Positions 1 to 12,488 of a DNA stretch of 64,000 nt are shown here, piece after piece (position 1 is the first letter of the stretch; every line of letters begins with the position of its first letter). Both the position numbers and the translations under genes were made by a program. The DNA is from Octopus sinensis (Eukaryota). The notes below the pieces were generated by a model. It worked only from the letters and a program-made list of their open reading frames with translations, did no database searches and had not been told where the DNA came from. The stretch covers positions 101,370,001-101,434,000 of the forward strand of contig NC_043004.1 in the NCBI RefSeq assembly GCF_006345805.1. Reading direction: 5' to 3'.

Positions 1-750
1 GAAACCCTAGACTGAACAAGGGTTGCATTACAAAAGAGAGTACCTCCTTGCCCAACAAATTTATCCTAGAATGCATAAGGAAGACAATAATAATATTTCA
101 CTTTCCAAAGTATGGAGATCTCTATATTCCCTCCAAAAAGGAGTTGGAGAAAGTCCTGACTGGTACGCGACAAGATGATTGCTCCATCAACTAGAGTAGC
201 TGTTTGGCAGTGTGTGCCTGAAAATGAGGCAAGGAGAGGGAGCTGATGCCCCACACTTCTGTTCTCTGACTGATGCTGTTGTATATGGATAAAAGAAATA
301 TGAAGATCAAAGCCCCCAAAAATATTTATAGTGACATCGACCCTTACTTTCTGATCTCTTTTGTGAGACACTATAATCTGTTTGTGCATACAGAGGTGAT
401 GTATATGTTTGGGTGAGAACTTCTAAGAATATCTTCAGTCTGATGACTCCTAAGGACCCTTGAGAGTGTGAAGATGAGGTCAATGAGATTGGTGTTGCAA
501 AGCAATGGCTCAGTTGCTACATATGTAGTAAAGGCCACTTGAGGGCCTACATCTCAGATAAAGGGAAGACAACATCAGAGGTGGCAGCTTTTGTTATTGA
601 TGTTTCCAGAGCACCATTTATCAAAGGTCTGAGAATAGCCACAGTGGAATTAAACAAAATTACCTCATCCTCATTGCCACCAACACCAGGACCCAGTGAA
701 GACTGAAAAATGAGGTCACATCCATTCGGCACAGGACTAGCCAGAGTTTA
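1..750 (+). mobile_element. possible degenerate retroelement ORF1/gag-like remnant
   Basis: More balanced composition than the flanks, many stops; 515-553 reads CYICSKGHLRAYI, a damaged CCHC zinc-knuckle-like motif. Weak. Confidence 0.2.
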
Positions 751-2816
751 TGAGATGTATATTATCCATCATCTTTTGTAAATGAGATAGAGACTTGAGA
801 AAAGAGTGAAACTGTTGGGATAATAAAGGAGTAAACTGATGTTTGTTAAACTTTGTAACCTGATGAAAATACAGGATGAATTTTTTTTTTAATTTACAAG
901 AGGAATATTATGCTGATTGAGATGTGGAAAGGCTATAAGATGTAGCTTTTAGTACAAAACAAAACAAAAAGCAACATCACAGTTTTATATATATATAGCT
1001 AACGAGCTACAAGATGTAGAAGGCTTTATGCTTCACGAAAAACTTGAAGATGCTCATGGGCAAATGTTGAGGACTCGCTTACCAGAAAGTAATCCAGGTC
1101 AAGGTGGCTCAGAATCATGAGATGCCCAGATCCTAGCCAAGGGATGCCTTCTTGTTCCTGTGTCAGTGGCTTGCTCTTCTATGTAGACTTTGTATACCAA
1201 ATTTTGAATCAGCCTTACTACTTTAAGTTTTACCCATAACCACACACACACACATCCCTACATGTTTAGTAACCTCTTTTGTATAGCAAGTTCTGTATTG
1301 AATGTATGGGTCTTTGTGTCTAATAAGTAAAGGATTATCATTATAGGCCCTGGACAACATTAGAAATAATTATTGGTGGGGATTTATGCTTATGTTAAAA
1401 AGTATTGCTATTAATGGGTACCATTGAGAAGTGTTGAATGTTTTAGCAAAACATAAGTCTCAGTTGGTTTCACTATTCAATTGGAATTGTTTTACTTTCC
1501 AAAAGTTAGCTAAACAATAACCTTGAGCAAGGTATGAATGTGGCAGCATCACATCTATTATCTCTATGACCCTTATTTGTAAAGAAAAGAAAAGAAATCC
1601 GTAGAAATAATTGCTAAGGTAGTAGAATACATGACAGAATACTAACAAGTTTGATAACTGTATCAGCTTTTGGTGGCTGTGATGGTTGACATGTCACCTA
1701 ACAATGTCTGTTTCATTTTGTGGCGTTAAAGACAAACTCTGTTTTCACACTAAGAGGCTATCTAAAGAAAAGATAAATATGTGATGAACATATTTAAGTG
1801 AGCACTTATAGCTATCTGACTCCCATATAGATTCCTCTTGGAAAGGCATGAACATCATATAACGTATCCCTCTATGTATGAATTATAGTCAGAAATCATT
1901 GATTTTTTTATACAATATTACAGAAACCAAACTGGATATGCCATGTTCTCTAGAATTTGGTATCACTAATTCTAATTTCTAGATTTCTCGTTGGCAGTCA
2001 CAACAAGGTTGATTTAATTCATAGTATTAACATATTGGAACTGAGTCATGTATTTGTTGTTCTTCACATTTACAATATCCCAGAATATGATTATTTCTAT
2101 TATTATTTCAGTAGAGACTGGATTGGTTTTAGAGAGTTTGATAATATGAATAAGAAGCAAGAGGGCAATATATCTCATTGACATCTACAGAATTATTACA
2201 ATTAAAGTGAAAGCTGGGATTCCTGTTTCTGTCGATGTTAGAAACTGAAATAGAAGATAAGATAGTTCCAGACATGGTTCAATGCCTCTGTAAAAGTAGA
2301 CCCAGTTGTATATTATTGTAGACCTAGTTAATATATACTTCTTCCCACAAGAAAGACTTTTGTTTGTGTATTAAGAATTAAGGAAATATCACTATTTCTG
2401 TTATATATTTTGTGTTTTGGTCTGTATAAAAGGTACAATGTCAGAGATATTTTAGTAATTTCTAATTCCAGTAAAACATAGCAAACAGTTGAAAATTAGT
2501 AGATGGAAAACATGTTTAAATCTTGTTAGTGCCAAGAAAAGGAGCATCAAAAGATAGGGAATTCAATAAGACCAGGCTCCCATCTAATTTCTCTATATTT
2601 TCTTCACTGACAATATATGGTTTTTTGGGGGGGGGGGGGTTTATTAATCTTAAAATAATATTGACACTTTTGTTAGCATATTTCTCTAAAAATTCACTGC
2701 CTGTTTCAATTAATTTTGAAAATAAGGAAGAATTTACTTAAATAACTTTGTCGTTATTAATCTGGTGTATTAGAACCTAAGTCAACATTTTAATGGATGG
2801 TTTTAATTTCATCACT

Positions 2817-3042
2817 TTAACCCTTTCGTTACTGTATTTATTTTCAGAAGCTCTGTGTTTCTTTCAATTACTTTAAATATAACAAAGAATTTAGTAAAAT
2901 AACTTAGTTATCATTCAGCTAGTGTCAGGAGCATAAATTGTGACTATGGTTTGGTGGAAGATTTTAATTAAAAACTTATGAAAACAAGACATTTGTACTC
3001 AGTCAGAGCCGGTTTCAGCCGGGTTGGTAACGAAAGGGTTAA
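2817..3042. mobile_element. piggyBac-type MITE
   Basis: TTAA|CCCTTTCGTTAC ... GTAACGAAAGGG|TTAA: 12-bp perfect TIR, TTAA target duplication, 218-bp body; second copy at 45257-45477. Confidence 0.8.
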
Positions 3043-3118
3043 ACAAGAAGTTTGTATCCTAAAACCAGGAGCAGTCTCAGACAAGTTGGTATCAAAAGGA
3101 ATCGAAAAGAAGCTATTG

Positions 3119-3152
<34 letters not shown>

Positions 3153-3949
3153 CATATAAGGTTATAGTTTCTAAGAAGAGGAGCCTTCGTTGAAGAAAAT
3201 ATACTCGGTTATCTACATTACTGATTGTAAAATAACAAAATACTAAGTCCCATCCAAGTAGAATTTTATTTAAATTCTAAATAGTGATAAACGATTAATG
3301 CTGCACTCTACCATTTCTGTTGTGTAACTGCTTTATTTATTTATTTATTCTACTTTTTTACTTTTATATAAAAAAATTTATTTGTAATACTTGCATGGAA
3401 TAATCGTTTTTTTTTTTTTTTTCCTTTTCTCATTTTGTTCTTTTTTTACTCCTGTATGGAGAATTGGTAGATTTTTAGACCTAAGCCCTTTTTCTTTCTC
3501 TTTATTCATATATCATGTATTGCTACCATGAAATTTAAAATTCTTGCTCTTAAATATGTGTGTATGATAATAAAACTGCCTTTCAACTCAGATGTTTTAA
3601 AAGAAAAAAAATATTCAGATATATATGTGTGTGTGTGTGCGTGTGCGTGTGTGTGTGTCTAAAATTTGCATGATGTCAAAGTAAGTTTTGTATGCTTTTC
3701 AACTTGGACTCTTGATGTGTAGTTGTAAGCTTTGAATTAGTTCAACTGAATTTAATGAAATGGCTGTAAAACATGCACTTCTGCTGAACATCCTTTTCCT
3801 AGTATTTTGTTTTTTCATCAAGAATTCGTTTAATTTTCAATTTGTAAAAAAAATGTATCAATATTTAATTTTTTTTTGTGGAAAGTAGCTTAACTTGACA
3901 GGTTAAATTTCCTCATAACTTGACTCCCACAAAAGTAAAGACCCCCCTT

Positions 3950-4190
3950 CAGTCATGAATGACCCTAGGGGTTGCACCTAGCAAGTTACCCTCGGGCATA
4001 ATTCCAGGCAAGGTTGGTTATGGAAGTCCTGCAGTCACCCATGCATACCAGGCTGATATAGCTTGGCACCAGTGACATTGCAACTCATTTCTACAGCTGA
4101 ATGAACTGAATCAATGTGAAATAAAGTGTCTGGGAATCAAGCTCACTACCATATGATTGTGAGCTTGGTGTTCTAACCACTGAGCCATAT
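3950..4190 (-). mobile_element. degenerate tRNA-derived SINE (family E)
   Basis: Minus strand begins ATGGCTCAGTGGTTAGAAC (A-box-like); body CAGCTGTAGAAATGAGTTGC; related fragments near 22.6 kb and 25.1 kb. Confidence 0.5.
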
Positions 4191-4444
4191 CATAGTTATA
4201 AAATATGCAAATACTGGACGTTTCATAAATTAAAGAATATATTACCCTAATCAATCTGTTTTGCTAAATATCTACTGACAGTTAGTAGTTTGGGATTACA
4301 TAAAATCAATATATGATATTGAAAACCTAGTGGATGTGATGCACCTGCATTTTTTTCTACCTGTATTGCATAGGAAAAGAATTTCCTGTTGGGAATTAAA
4401 AGTAAACTCCAAAGTCTATTTTAGTGTTAGCTGCTATTCGTTAC

Positions 4445-4740
4445 TGGCATCATCATCATCATCATTCAATGTCCATTGTCCATGCTGGCAAGCTGGAAGG
4501 CTGTACCAGACTCTAGTCTGATTTGGCATGGTTCCTACGATTGGATGCCATTCTTAATGCTAACCACTCCAAGGATGTAATGGGTGCTTTTACATGCCAC
4601 CGGCACAAATACCATTTGCATGACACCAGTATCTGCCACAACTATGATTTCACATGGCTTAATGGGTCAAGGGTCTCAGCCATTTGTCATTGTCTCTGTG
4701 AGGCCTAACACTTGAAAGGTGTTTTTCACATGCCAGCAGT
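4445..4740 (-). mobile_element. SINE family B (GGAAGGGCATCCAGC body, (ATG)n tail)
   Basis: Starts with (CAT)n, the reverse of the (ATG)n tail; diverged homologue of 10255-10690 and 57755-58200. Confidence 0.65.
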
Positions 4741-4974
4741 GTATTCATAACAATTATTAAATGATTAAACATATGGAGGTGGCCATTACACTATATTCCA
4801 TTCAGTGTTTTATTATATCTCACACACACACACACATATATATATACACACACTGAAGTACTAAAGAACGACCTGAGGATGTTGAACCTTCCAGGTGAGA
4901 TGACAAAGGCCCAAGATGCCTGGCACTTTGCTATACTCTAGAAGACCTGTACTCCCCAACAGAAGTGTTTGGTG

Positions 4975-5172
4975 GTGTAAAGCACTCGTGGTGGTTCCAC
5001 GTAAAAGAGCCCTTGCAGTGCCACGTAAAAGCACCCAGCACACTCTGTGAAGTGGTTGGCGTTAGGAAGGGCATCCAGCCATAGAAACTATGCCAAATCA
5101 GACTGGAGTCTGGTGCAGCATGCCAGCTCTGGTCAAACCGTCCAACCCATGCCAGCATGGACAACGGATGCT
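4975..5172 (+). mobile_element. SINE family B
   Basis: CCACGTAAAAG repeats, then GTGGTTGGCGTTAGGAAGGGCATCCAGCC ... CCAACCCATGCCAGCATGG. Confidence 0.7.
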
Positions 5173-6048
5173 ACATATATATAATGTTAGCTATTTTGTT
5201 GAAGGAACGTAAACGGAAATGTTCAAGCTGGTGTTGATTCTGAGTTGGAAAAATATGAGTTCATTCACTCTAAATTTAAGTAAATACACAGAACAATGAG
5301 TAAGCTGGTGGAAAGCAAAACTTTTTAGTAACGGCTTAGTTACATCACTTTAGTTTTCTGGATTCAGATCTTGCAGTCAAATTTACCTTTCATCTTTGCC
5401 AAGTCGATTATACCTGCAAAGTTTGGGCTAAATTTAGAAATCACTCGTTTTGTAATTGAAATTAAGTGGTACATTTGTCGAAATAAATGTAGCTGGCTAC
5501 ATCCTTTGATAGGTTATTTCCCTTGTCGAAAGTATTTTTCAGAGTTATTTCCCCTCCAGAATAGTTTTTTTGTTTTTTTTAATAAAATAAAAAGATAAAT
5601 GTACATGGACTATTTTAAATTGTATTATTGTAACTGAAATGTAATATTGTGCGTGGGCGTGTGAGAGAGGGAACCGTTAGATTTTCCTTTAATGAGAATA
5701 TTTGTGTAACGCCATAAACTGTTTGACCTTTTTCTTTTGTCATTTTTTTCCATACTGCAATATTTTTTTCATTTGACGATTCTTATATATTTAACTTTTG
5801 GAATTAATCCCTATTAAACATTAGTTGTGAATCAAGTACACACATATGCATACATGCATTCACGCACTCTCTCTCTCTATCACACACACACACACTGTAC
5901 GTGTGTGGGTATGTGCGTAAACATACATATAGGGTGGTCTTGAATTTCTTAATCCCCCAATAAAACTAATAAAGTGGTAGCAGAAAGCTTAGAATAATTG
6001 TTTTGCTATGTTTATATTATTTTTTTTTTACTTTATTGTTCATATCTA

Positions 6049-6118
<70 letters not shown>

Positions 6119-6171
6119 CAGAAATATTAAATTTCTAAATCTCTCGTAGAGATATGTACGGTGGTGGGGCG

Positions 6172-6421
6172 ATAGAATGGTTGTATACTGGCAATCTAAC
6201 GTGAACGTGACAGTAGGGGGTTACACCACCGCTGTTTAGCCCTAGGAAGCATCGACGCCTCCTGATGGCTTTGACACATTTTTCCTGTGTCCTTATATAC
6301 ATTTACGAAGGGGAGAGGAAAAATGTGTCAAAGCCATCAGGAGGCGTCGATGCTTCCTAGGCTTTAACACCGGTGGTGTAACCCCCTACTGCCACGTTCA
6401 CGTTAATTGACAGTATACAAC

Positions 6422-6429
<8 letters not shown>
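6172..6429. repeat. long foldback (about 115-bp inverted arms, 29-nt loop)
   Basis: 6172-6286 is the near-perfect reverse complement of 6316-6429; flanked by (TA)n. Confidence 0.9.
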
Positions 6430-6461
<32 letters not shown>

Positions 6462-6726
6462 TCAAATACGTTATGCTTTTAAGTAATATTAAGATATGTA
6501 AATAGAAAATGAAATAAACTAGTAAGAATCATTTCCTTTTAAAATATATTTTAATACATCTATTCTAATACAAATTTCATCACAAATTGAATATATTAAA
6601 TGCAAGAAGAAAGTAAAACAAAAAGAACTTGGTTGTTGAGCCATATATTTTCATAAGCAAATTCTTCATGTTCTGTTCAACTTGGTCCATAATTTTACAC
6701 ACACACATTCGTATTTTTTTTTTTTT

Positions 6727-7113
6727 TTTACTTGTTTCACTCATTTGACTGCGGCCATGCTGGAGCACCGCCTTTAGTCGAGCAAATCGACTCCAGGAAT
6801 TATTCTTTGTAAGCCCAGTACTTATTCTAACGGTCTCTTTTGCCGAACCACTAAGTGACGGGGACGTAAACACACCAGCATCGGTTGTCAAGCAATGCTA
6901 GGGGGACAAACACAGACACACAAACACATACATAAATATACACATATATACGACAGGCTTCTTTCAGTTTCCGTCTACCAAATCCACTCACAAGGCATTG
7001 GTCGGCCCAGGGCTATAGCAGAAGACACTTGCCCAAGATGCCATGCAGTGGGACTGAACCCGGAAACATGTGGTTGGTTAGCAAGCTACTTACCACACAG
7101 CCACTCCTGCGCC
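6727..7113 (-). mobile_element. tRNA-derived SINE family A, full length
   Basis: Minus strand GGCGCAGGAGTGGCTGTGTGG (A box) ... GGTTCAGTCCC (B box), internal (TA/TG)n, tail CAAATGAGTGAAACAAGTAAAA; more than 10 copies in the window. Confidence 0.85.
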
Positions 7114-8290
7114 TATATATATAATTTGTAGTGTGTGTATGTGCAAAAAAGACCAGTCAGTTGTGAGCAAGCCAAAAAAATAATTTTTTTTTATAATCAC
7201 CTTTTTGGAAAATAACTCTCAATTATTTATGGGAACAGAATCATGCTGAGAACATTAGGAGTGAGAGCTAATAAACTTGTATTTCATTTAGTGTATCATA
7301 GCAAATAAAGAGCAGCAATGAGAGCCAAGAGCTAAAAGTGTTGGACTGACTTTCAACCTCTAAGTTTCAAGTGTTTTGTTGTACCACAAATAAAGCACTT
7401 CATTCTACATTGCCTCACTCACTCATCTTAGAGGAACCAGATTATCTGGAATATTACTTGTGCTCAATTGAGGATCTCCCTTAGACCTCCAAACGTAGGT
7501 CAAACCTATATTTTAGAATACAAGGCATGAAGAAATAATGTTCGGTCATTTGCTAATTAATAACTGATAGATTTTCATTTTAAAATTCCATCTCTCTATT
7601 TCTTTGATGTCATAGTTGTGTGAATGAGATGGGAAACTAAAATATTGGATTCAGGTCCATACCATCAATTCCATACAAATGCTCTCGTTTACTATGGTCA
7701 TTATAATCTTAATGAACACATACTCCTGCTAATGATCATCTATAGCTACCCAATGGAATATGAAAGTGTTAGTGTCAGATGGTCCTTGAATACATTTCTT
7801 TATTAATTCATTTCATTATACATGTTAATTAAAGGCATGCATATTAGGTTTTGAACAAGACATCTAAATATTTTTCTATAAATTTATTTTTAATAGATGA
7901 AATATCTTTCTGAAATATATCCTAAATTAAAGTATCATAATATCTGTGTTATGGTAATGTGTGTGTGTTTTTCATGCCATAGTAGTTCTTTAATTAATTT
8001 TCAGGCTATTAATTATGTTTCTTGTTTTGTGTGTGTGTCAGTATACTTGAAAAGCAAAACATTACTAATTAAGTTAGAGTTATTACTAGGCATTATTGGT
8101 AGTTAATCACCTACAAATGTTACGATCTTTTTTTTTTTTTGCATATATAAGAAATCATTACTATTATTTTAGCTGTATCAGTTTAAGTAGGGAGATAGAC
8201 AGGAATCTCCTCCAGTTGCTATTCTCCACTTTACTGTGATGTCACAAATTGCTTTCTTAGTATATCTCACTATTGTTTTCTCTATTTCAG

Positions 8291-8459
8291 AGGATGGATC
8301 AGAGCTGCTTGGATACTGATCATTTTGCTTGGTCTCACTTGGATCTTTGGTTTATTCTATGTAAACCAAGAAACACTCTTCATGGCATACATTTTTAACA
8401 TTCTGAATAGTCTACAAGGATTTTTTATTTTTATTTTCCACTGCCTTCTGAATGACAAG
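8291..8459 (+). CDS. Cirl: latrophilin/Cirl-like adhesion GPCR, TM6-TM7 exon
   Basis: TTTCAG| ... AAG|GTAATT; 169 nt, phase 2 to 0; GWIRAAWILIILLGLTWIFGLFYVNQETLFMAYIFNILNSLQGFFIFIFHCLLNDK matches the family-B 7TM LLGLTW...NSLQG.FIF.FHC signature of latrophilins. Confidence 0.92.
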
Positions 8460-8509
8460 GTAATTGAATACAAATTTTCGTACTTTCTCTTTTGATCTTT
8501 AAATATATT

Positions 8510-8739
8510 ACTCTCTTTACTCTTTTACTTGTTTCAGTCATTTGATTGCAGCCATGCCGGGGCCCCGCCTTTAGTCGAACAAATCGACCCTGGGACTTAT
8601 TCTTTGTAAGCCCAGTACTTATTCTCTCGGTCTCTTTTGCCGAACCGCTGAGTGACGGGGACGTAAACACACCAGCATCGGTTGTCAAGCAATGCTAGGG
8701 GAACAAACACAGACACACAAACACACATACATACATATA

Positions 8740-8772
<33 letters not shown>

Positions 8773-8933
8773 CGACAGGCTTCTTTCAGTTTCCGTCTAC
8801 CAAATCCACTCACAAGGCATTGGTCAGCCCGAGGCTATAGCAGAAGACACTTGCCCAAAATGCCACGCAGTGGGACTGAACCCGGAACCATGTGGTTGGT
8901 TAGCAAGCTACTTACCACACACTTACCTGCACC
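8510..8933 (-). mobile_element. SINE family A, intronic
   Basis: Same sequence as 6727-7113; begins about 50 bp downstream of the exon donor. Confidence 0.85.
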
Positions 8934-9263
8934 TATTAGTTCCATTTTAATACAACTTTCATTTCAACTCCACATATCAATCCACTTTCTAAAAATCATA
9001 GAAAGTAGAGATAATAATATGCACTCTTGGCAGGGTCCAATATGCATGAACAAGATGGTTGAATAATAATCTTTATCTTTCATTGGTCCTGCTTGAGGGT
9101 CCAACCAGATAATTTGTTGATAATGGCCTCTGGCTAGAATCCTTTGTGAAGCATACCTATCAAACCCTGCTTTCATCACCCTCAGTAGAAGCTAGATTGA
9201 TGAATGTGTTGTTTATATTTGACCTAATTTTATGATTATTAAATACTTATATTTTTCCAACAG

Positions 9264-9389
9264 GTTCGTAAAGAATACAAAAAAGCTATCAAGAGCTCAA
9301 CTTGGCTTCCAGAATGTATTAAACCATGTTGTGGAGCGGCCTCTACTGAAAGATCCTCAACTCCGAATCCTTCAACATCTTCAGGAAAT
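9264..9389 (+). CDS. Cirl: latrophilin-like GPCR, helix 8/proximal C-tail exon
   Basis: TTTTTCCAACAG| ... AAT|GTAGGT; 126 nt, phase 0 to 0; VRKEYKKAIKSSTWLPECIKPCCGAASTERSSTPNPSTSSGN continues NDK into the latrophilin K-VRKEY motif. Confidence 0.9.
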
Positions 9390-10254
9390 GTAGGTTTTCC
9401 TGTATTCTCTTTTCCTTTGAATTATGTATAAATGTGAAATACCAGAATACGTAATGTACCCAAGCTCATATCTGCTGTTGGCATTTCACTGTTTATGAGC
9501 AAAGCATTTACCTTACATTGTTTACTTTGCCTAGCTCTTGATAATAGACCACAGGTATTCTGAGCATATTTCTTGCAAAAATAGGTCTCTTACCCGGTGA
9601 GGGATTTATCTCTCATCTACTGCAATTTATGAAAGAAAAGTTGAGCACTCTTTTGAAAGAACCTTGATACTAAGAAGATATTTGCATTACAAGGTTTATA
9701 GTCAAAAAGTAAAAGAATAGCAGGATTATTTTTCTCTTTTTATAGACTTGTCCTTCAAAGACATTTCCAATCAAAACATCCAGGTTATTCAATCATGACA
9801 AACTTCAACATTTTTCTTTTAATAAAGTCTATTCGTTTGTTGTGCTAAACCAAAGTCTGTATAGTCAAACCTTTCTACATATTGTACTGCACCCCACCAC
9901 ATACACACACCAATAACACATGTACACAAGATAAAACCATTCTACATTACATCCCTTTCTTCTGCATGTTTGTGTATTGCCATGTGTATATGTTCATGGT
10001 TGGGATGCTGAAACATGGAATAAACTACCCACATGAGTTGTTAGCCGTCAGAATGCAACTTCCTTCAAAACTTCCATGCTTCCTGAAATTCTCCAACAGT
10101 ACACCTGATGCCCACCTCCCCAATTTTTTAAAGGCTTTATTCACTGTTCACTTTCTGTGCATATTCTATTTACTGTTCATACAGTTTTGATTATTTTTTC
10201 TAATTGTAGTACACCTGAGCACTGAATACAATAATTTCATTATTATTGTTATTA

Positions 10255-10690
10255 TTCATCATCATCATCATCATCGTTTAACGTCCGCTTTCCATGCTAG
10301 CATGGGTTGGACGGTTCAACTGGGGTCTGGGAAGCCCGAAGGCTGCACCAGGCCAGTCAGATCTGGCAGTGTTTCTACAGCTGGATGCCCTTCCTAACGC
10401 CAACCACTCCATGAGTGCAGTGGGTGCTTTTTATGTGCCACCGACACAGGTGCCAGACGAGGCTGGCAAATGGCCACGCTCGGATGGTGTTTTTTACGTG
10501 CTACTGGCACAGAGGCCAGGCGAGGCTGGCATGGCCACGATCGGATGGTGTTTGTTACGTGCCACCAGCACGGAGGCCAGTCGATGCGGTACTTGCTACG
10601 GCCACGTTCGGATGATTTTCTTATGTGCCACTGGCACTGGTACCACAAAACTACAAATTCCATTGATGTTCATCGATTTTGATTTGATTC
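10255..10690 (-). mobile_element. SINE family B with internal tandem units of about 50 bp
   Basis: (CAT)n-CGTTTAACGTCCGCTTTCCATGCTAGCATGGG ... followed by about five TTTTACGTGCCAC-type units. Confidence 0.8.
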
Positions 10691-10701
10691 TTTGATTTTT
10701 G

Positions 10702-10736
<35 letters not shown>

Positions 10737-11058
10737 GTACATGCATTGTGCAGTTTGTAACATGAGGAGAAACATTGTTTCACTAGACTACATGCTGTGT
10801 CCCTTCTCACCTGAGAAGTTTCATTGGTTTGAATTGTTTTGCTCCTTATTATGAATTGCTACCTTGATTAGTATATAGCAGCACCCAACTATAATAGTGA
10901 TTGTTCAATAATTTGTTCTATTTACTTCTCTGACCTCTCGCCTGTTTTCCTTACACATTTATTGACACTTATTTCTTGCATTGTATTTCACTCATTTTTT
11001 TCCCCTAGTATCATTCAAACTGCTGACTGATTCACATCCTTCTCTTTTTATATTGCAG

Positions 11059-11128
11059 TATTTCTCCAGACTCCTCAAGAAAAGGAAGAGTTCTACCACT
11101 AGTAATATCAGCAAGACACCTGCTAGAA
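11059..11128 (+). CDS. Cirl: latrophilin-like GPCR, 70-nt C-tail exon
   Basis: TTTTATATTGCAG| ... AGAA|GTAAGT; phase 0 to 1; YFSRLLKKRKSSTTSNISKTPAR; supplies exactly the phase needed to join 9389 to 11623. Confidence 0.8.
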
Positions 11129-11260
11129 GTAAGTAGTAGGCAAAGATAAGGGTACTCTTCAGAAAGACATTTATTAAGATCTTCCTTAATACTTCCTTTA
11201 TGTATATATTTATACATATATAATGTATATAATATATACAGATAGATATATAGTTATATA

Positions 11261-11386
11261 TACGAGGGGTGTATGAAAAATTTTGAGCCTTCAAGGCCTT
11301 TGTGCCTTGAAGTCTTGTACTATTATCAGAAGTCTTTTACCATGTTTTGTTTTTTTAAGGCTCAAGACTTTTCATACATACCTCTT
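11261..11386. mobile_element. mariner-type MITE remnant, intronic
   Basis: TACGAGGGGTGTATGAAAAATTTTGAGCCT versus AGGCTCAAGACTTTTCATACATACCTC: imperfect TIR of about 30 bp with a mariner-like TACGAGGG start. Confidence 0.6.
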
Positions 11387-11622
11387 TTATACATCTTTTG
11401 CTTAGGAAGACAATTATGTAAAAATTGAGATAAAAAAAACCCAAGCATTTTTATATGAATAGCATTTTATTTACATTTTACATTCAAATTATCAACTTAA
11501 TCAAACGAACAAAATTTACTTAGTTGTGAATTGATTATAAAATTGCAGCCATTTTCTTGTAGCAGTTACTTTTTATTTTTTTAACATTTTTTTTCTTTCT
11601 TTTTCTTTTTGCATCTCTCTAG

Positions 11623-12488
11623 TTCGCAGTCCTGTGAGTGCTGATACAACTGGGGAGTCGGATTATCATACATCCAAGCGAGGCTCTTCAGAATATGATT
11701 ATCCAGCACACCATTTACCAAACAGGCAGTCCTACAATGACCAACATATGTACCATGATGTTAACGAGCTGTCGTTAGCCGACTGCTCAGTGATTAACAG
11801 TGACTATGTTAGTGAGTATTGTCAGACTAACCTCCAAGTCAGCCATGAGAATCAACTGAGTCCAGTGATATCTATCGACTCTGGCGCTGATTCTGACACA
11901 GATTCCATAGTGAAGAGACGAGATTCCATTCTCTCAAGAGACTCGAATATTCAAAAGAGAGATTCATTTGAATCAGACGACAAAATATTAGAACTCGATG
12001 CCGATCTACTGAAACTAGCTGAAAAAGAGAAGCTTAATGAAGAATACGAACCTCTTATGTACCCCAACTCTACGACACTGGAAAATCGCAACCGAATAAA
12101 CCAGATGTTGAACAAAGCTGACATGAACTGTGCCGGCGATATTGATAGCATCAGTAATGGTGCGAAACCCCCATTAAGATCTGTGAATAACTATCATGTG
12201 ACACCGCTGTGTCATCCGGAGAAGCAATTGATGGACGACAGTAGCCATCAGCCTTTATTGCAGACCGACATTATCGGTAACCCCACTTGCATGACTGAAA
12301 ACGCTGCATACCGAGAAACATCACATTCCAATCCTTATAGCTCTGTTAATGTTGCTATGCCCAATGGCACCAATAGTGACAGACCTTTAACAGAAAGAGC
12401 AAAGCACAGAGTACTCGGAGAACCGCATTCCAATATAGTCAAACAAGGTAGAAGGACTGAAGAACTTCCGAGTTTTTCAGAATGTTAA
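11623..12488 (+). CDS. Cirl: latrophilin-like GPCR, terminal coding exon (long Ser/Asp-rich intracellular tail)
   Basis: Long pyrimidine tract and CTAG acceptor at 11621-11622; phase 1; about 288 open codons ending ...EELPSFSEC-TAA. Confidence 0.85.

Noticed and set aside
5488-5598. AG|C TGG CTA CAT (CWLH) as the missing latrophilin ECL2/TM5 exon
   Set aside because: No pyrimidine tract and the following residues do not match FIWSF.GP; the upstream 7TM exons were not found in this window.
6580-7131. Recurrent ORFs such as MTTDAGVFTSP... and MLG.QTQTHKH...
   Set aside because: Chance frames of SINE family A, repeated at every copy.
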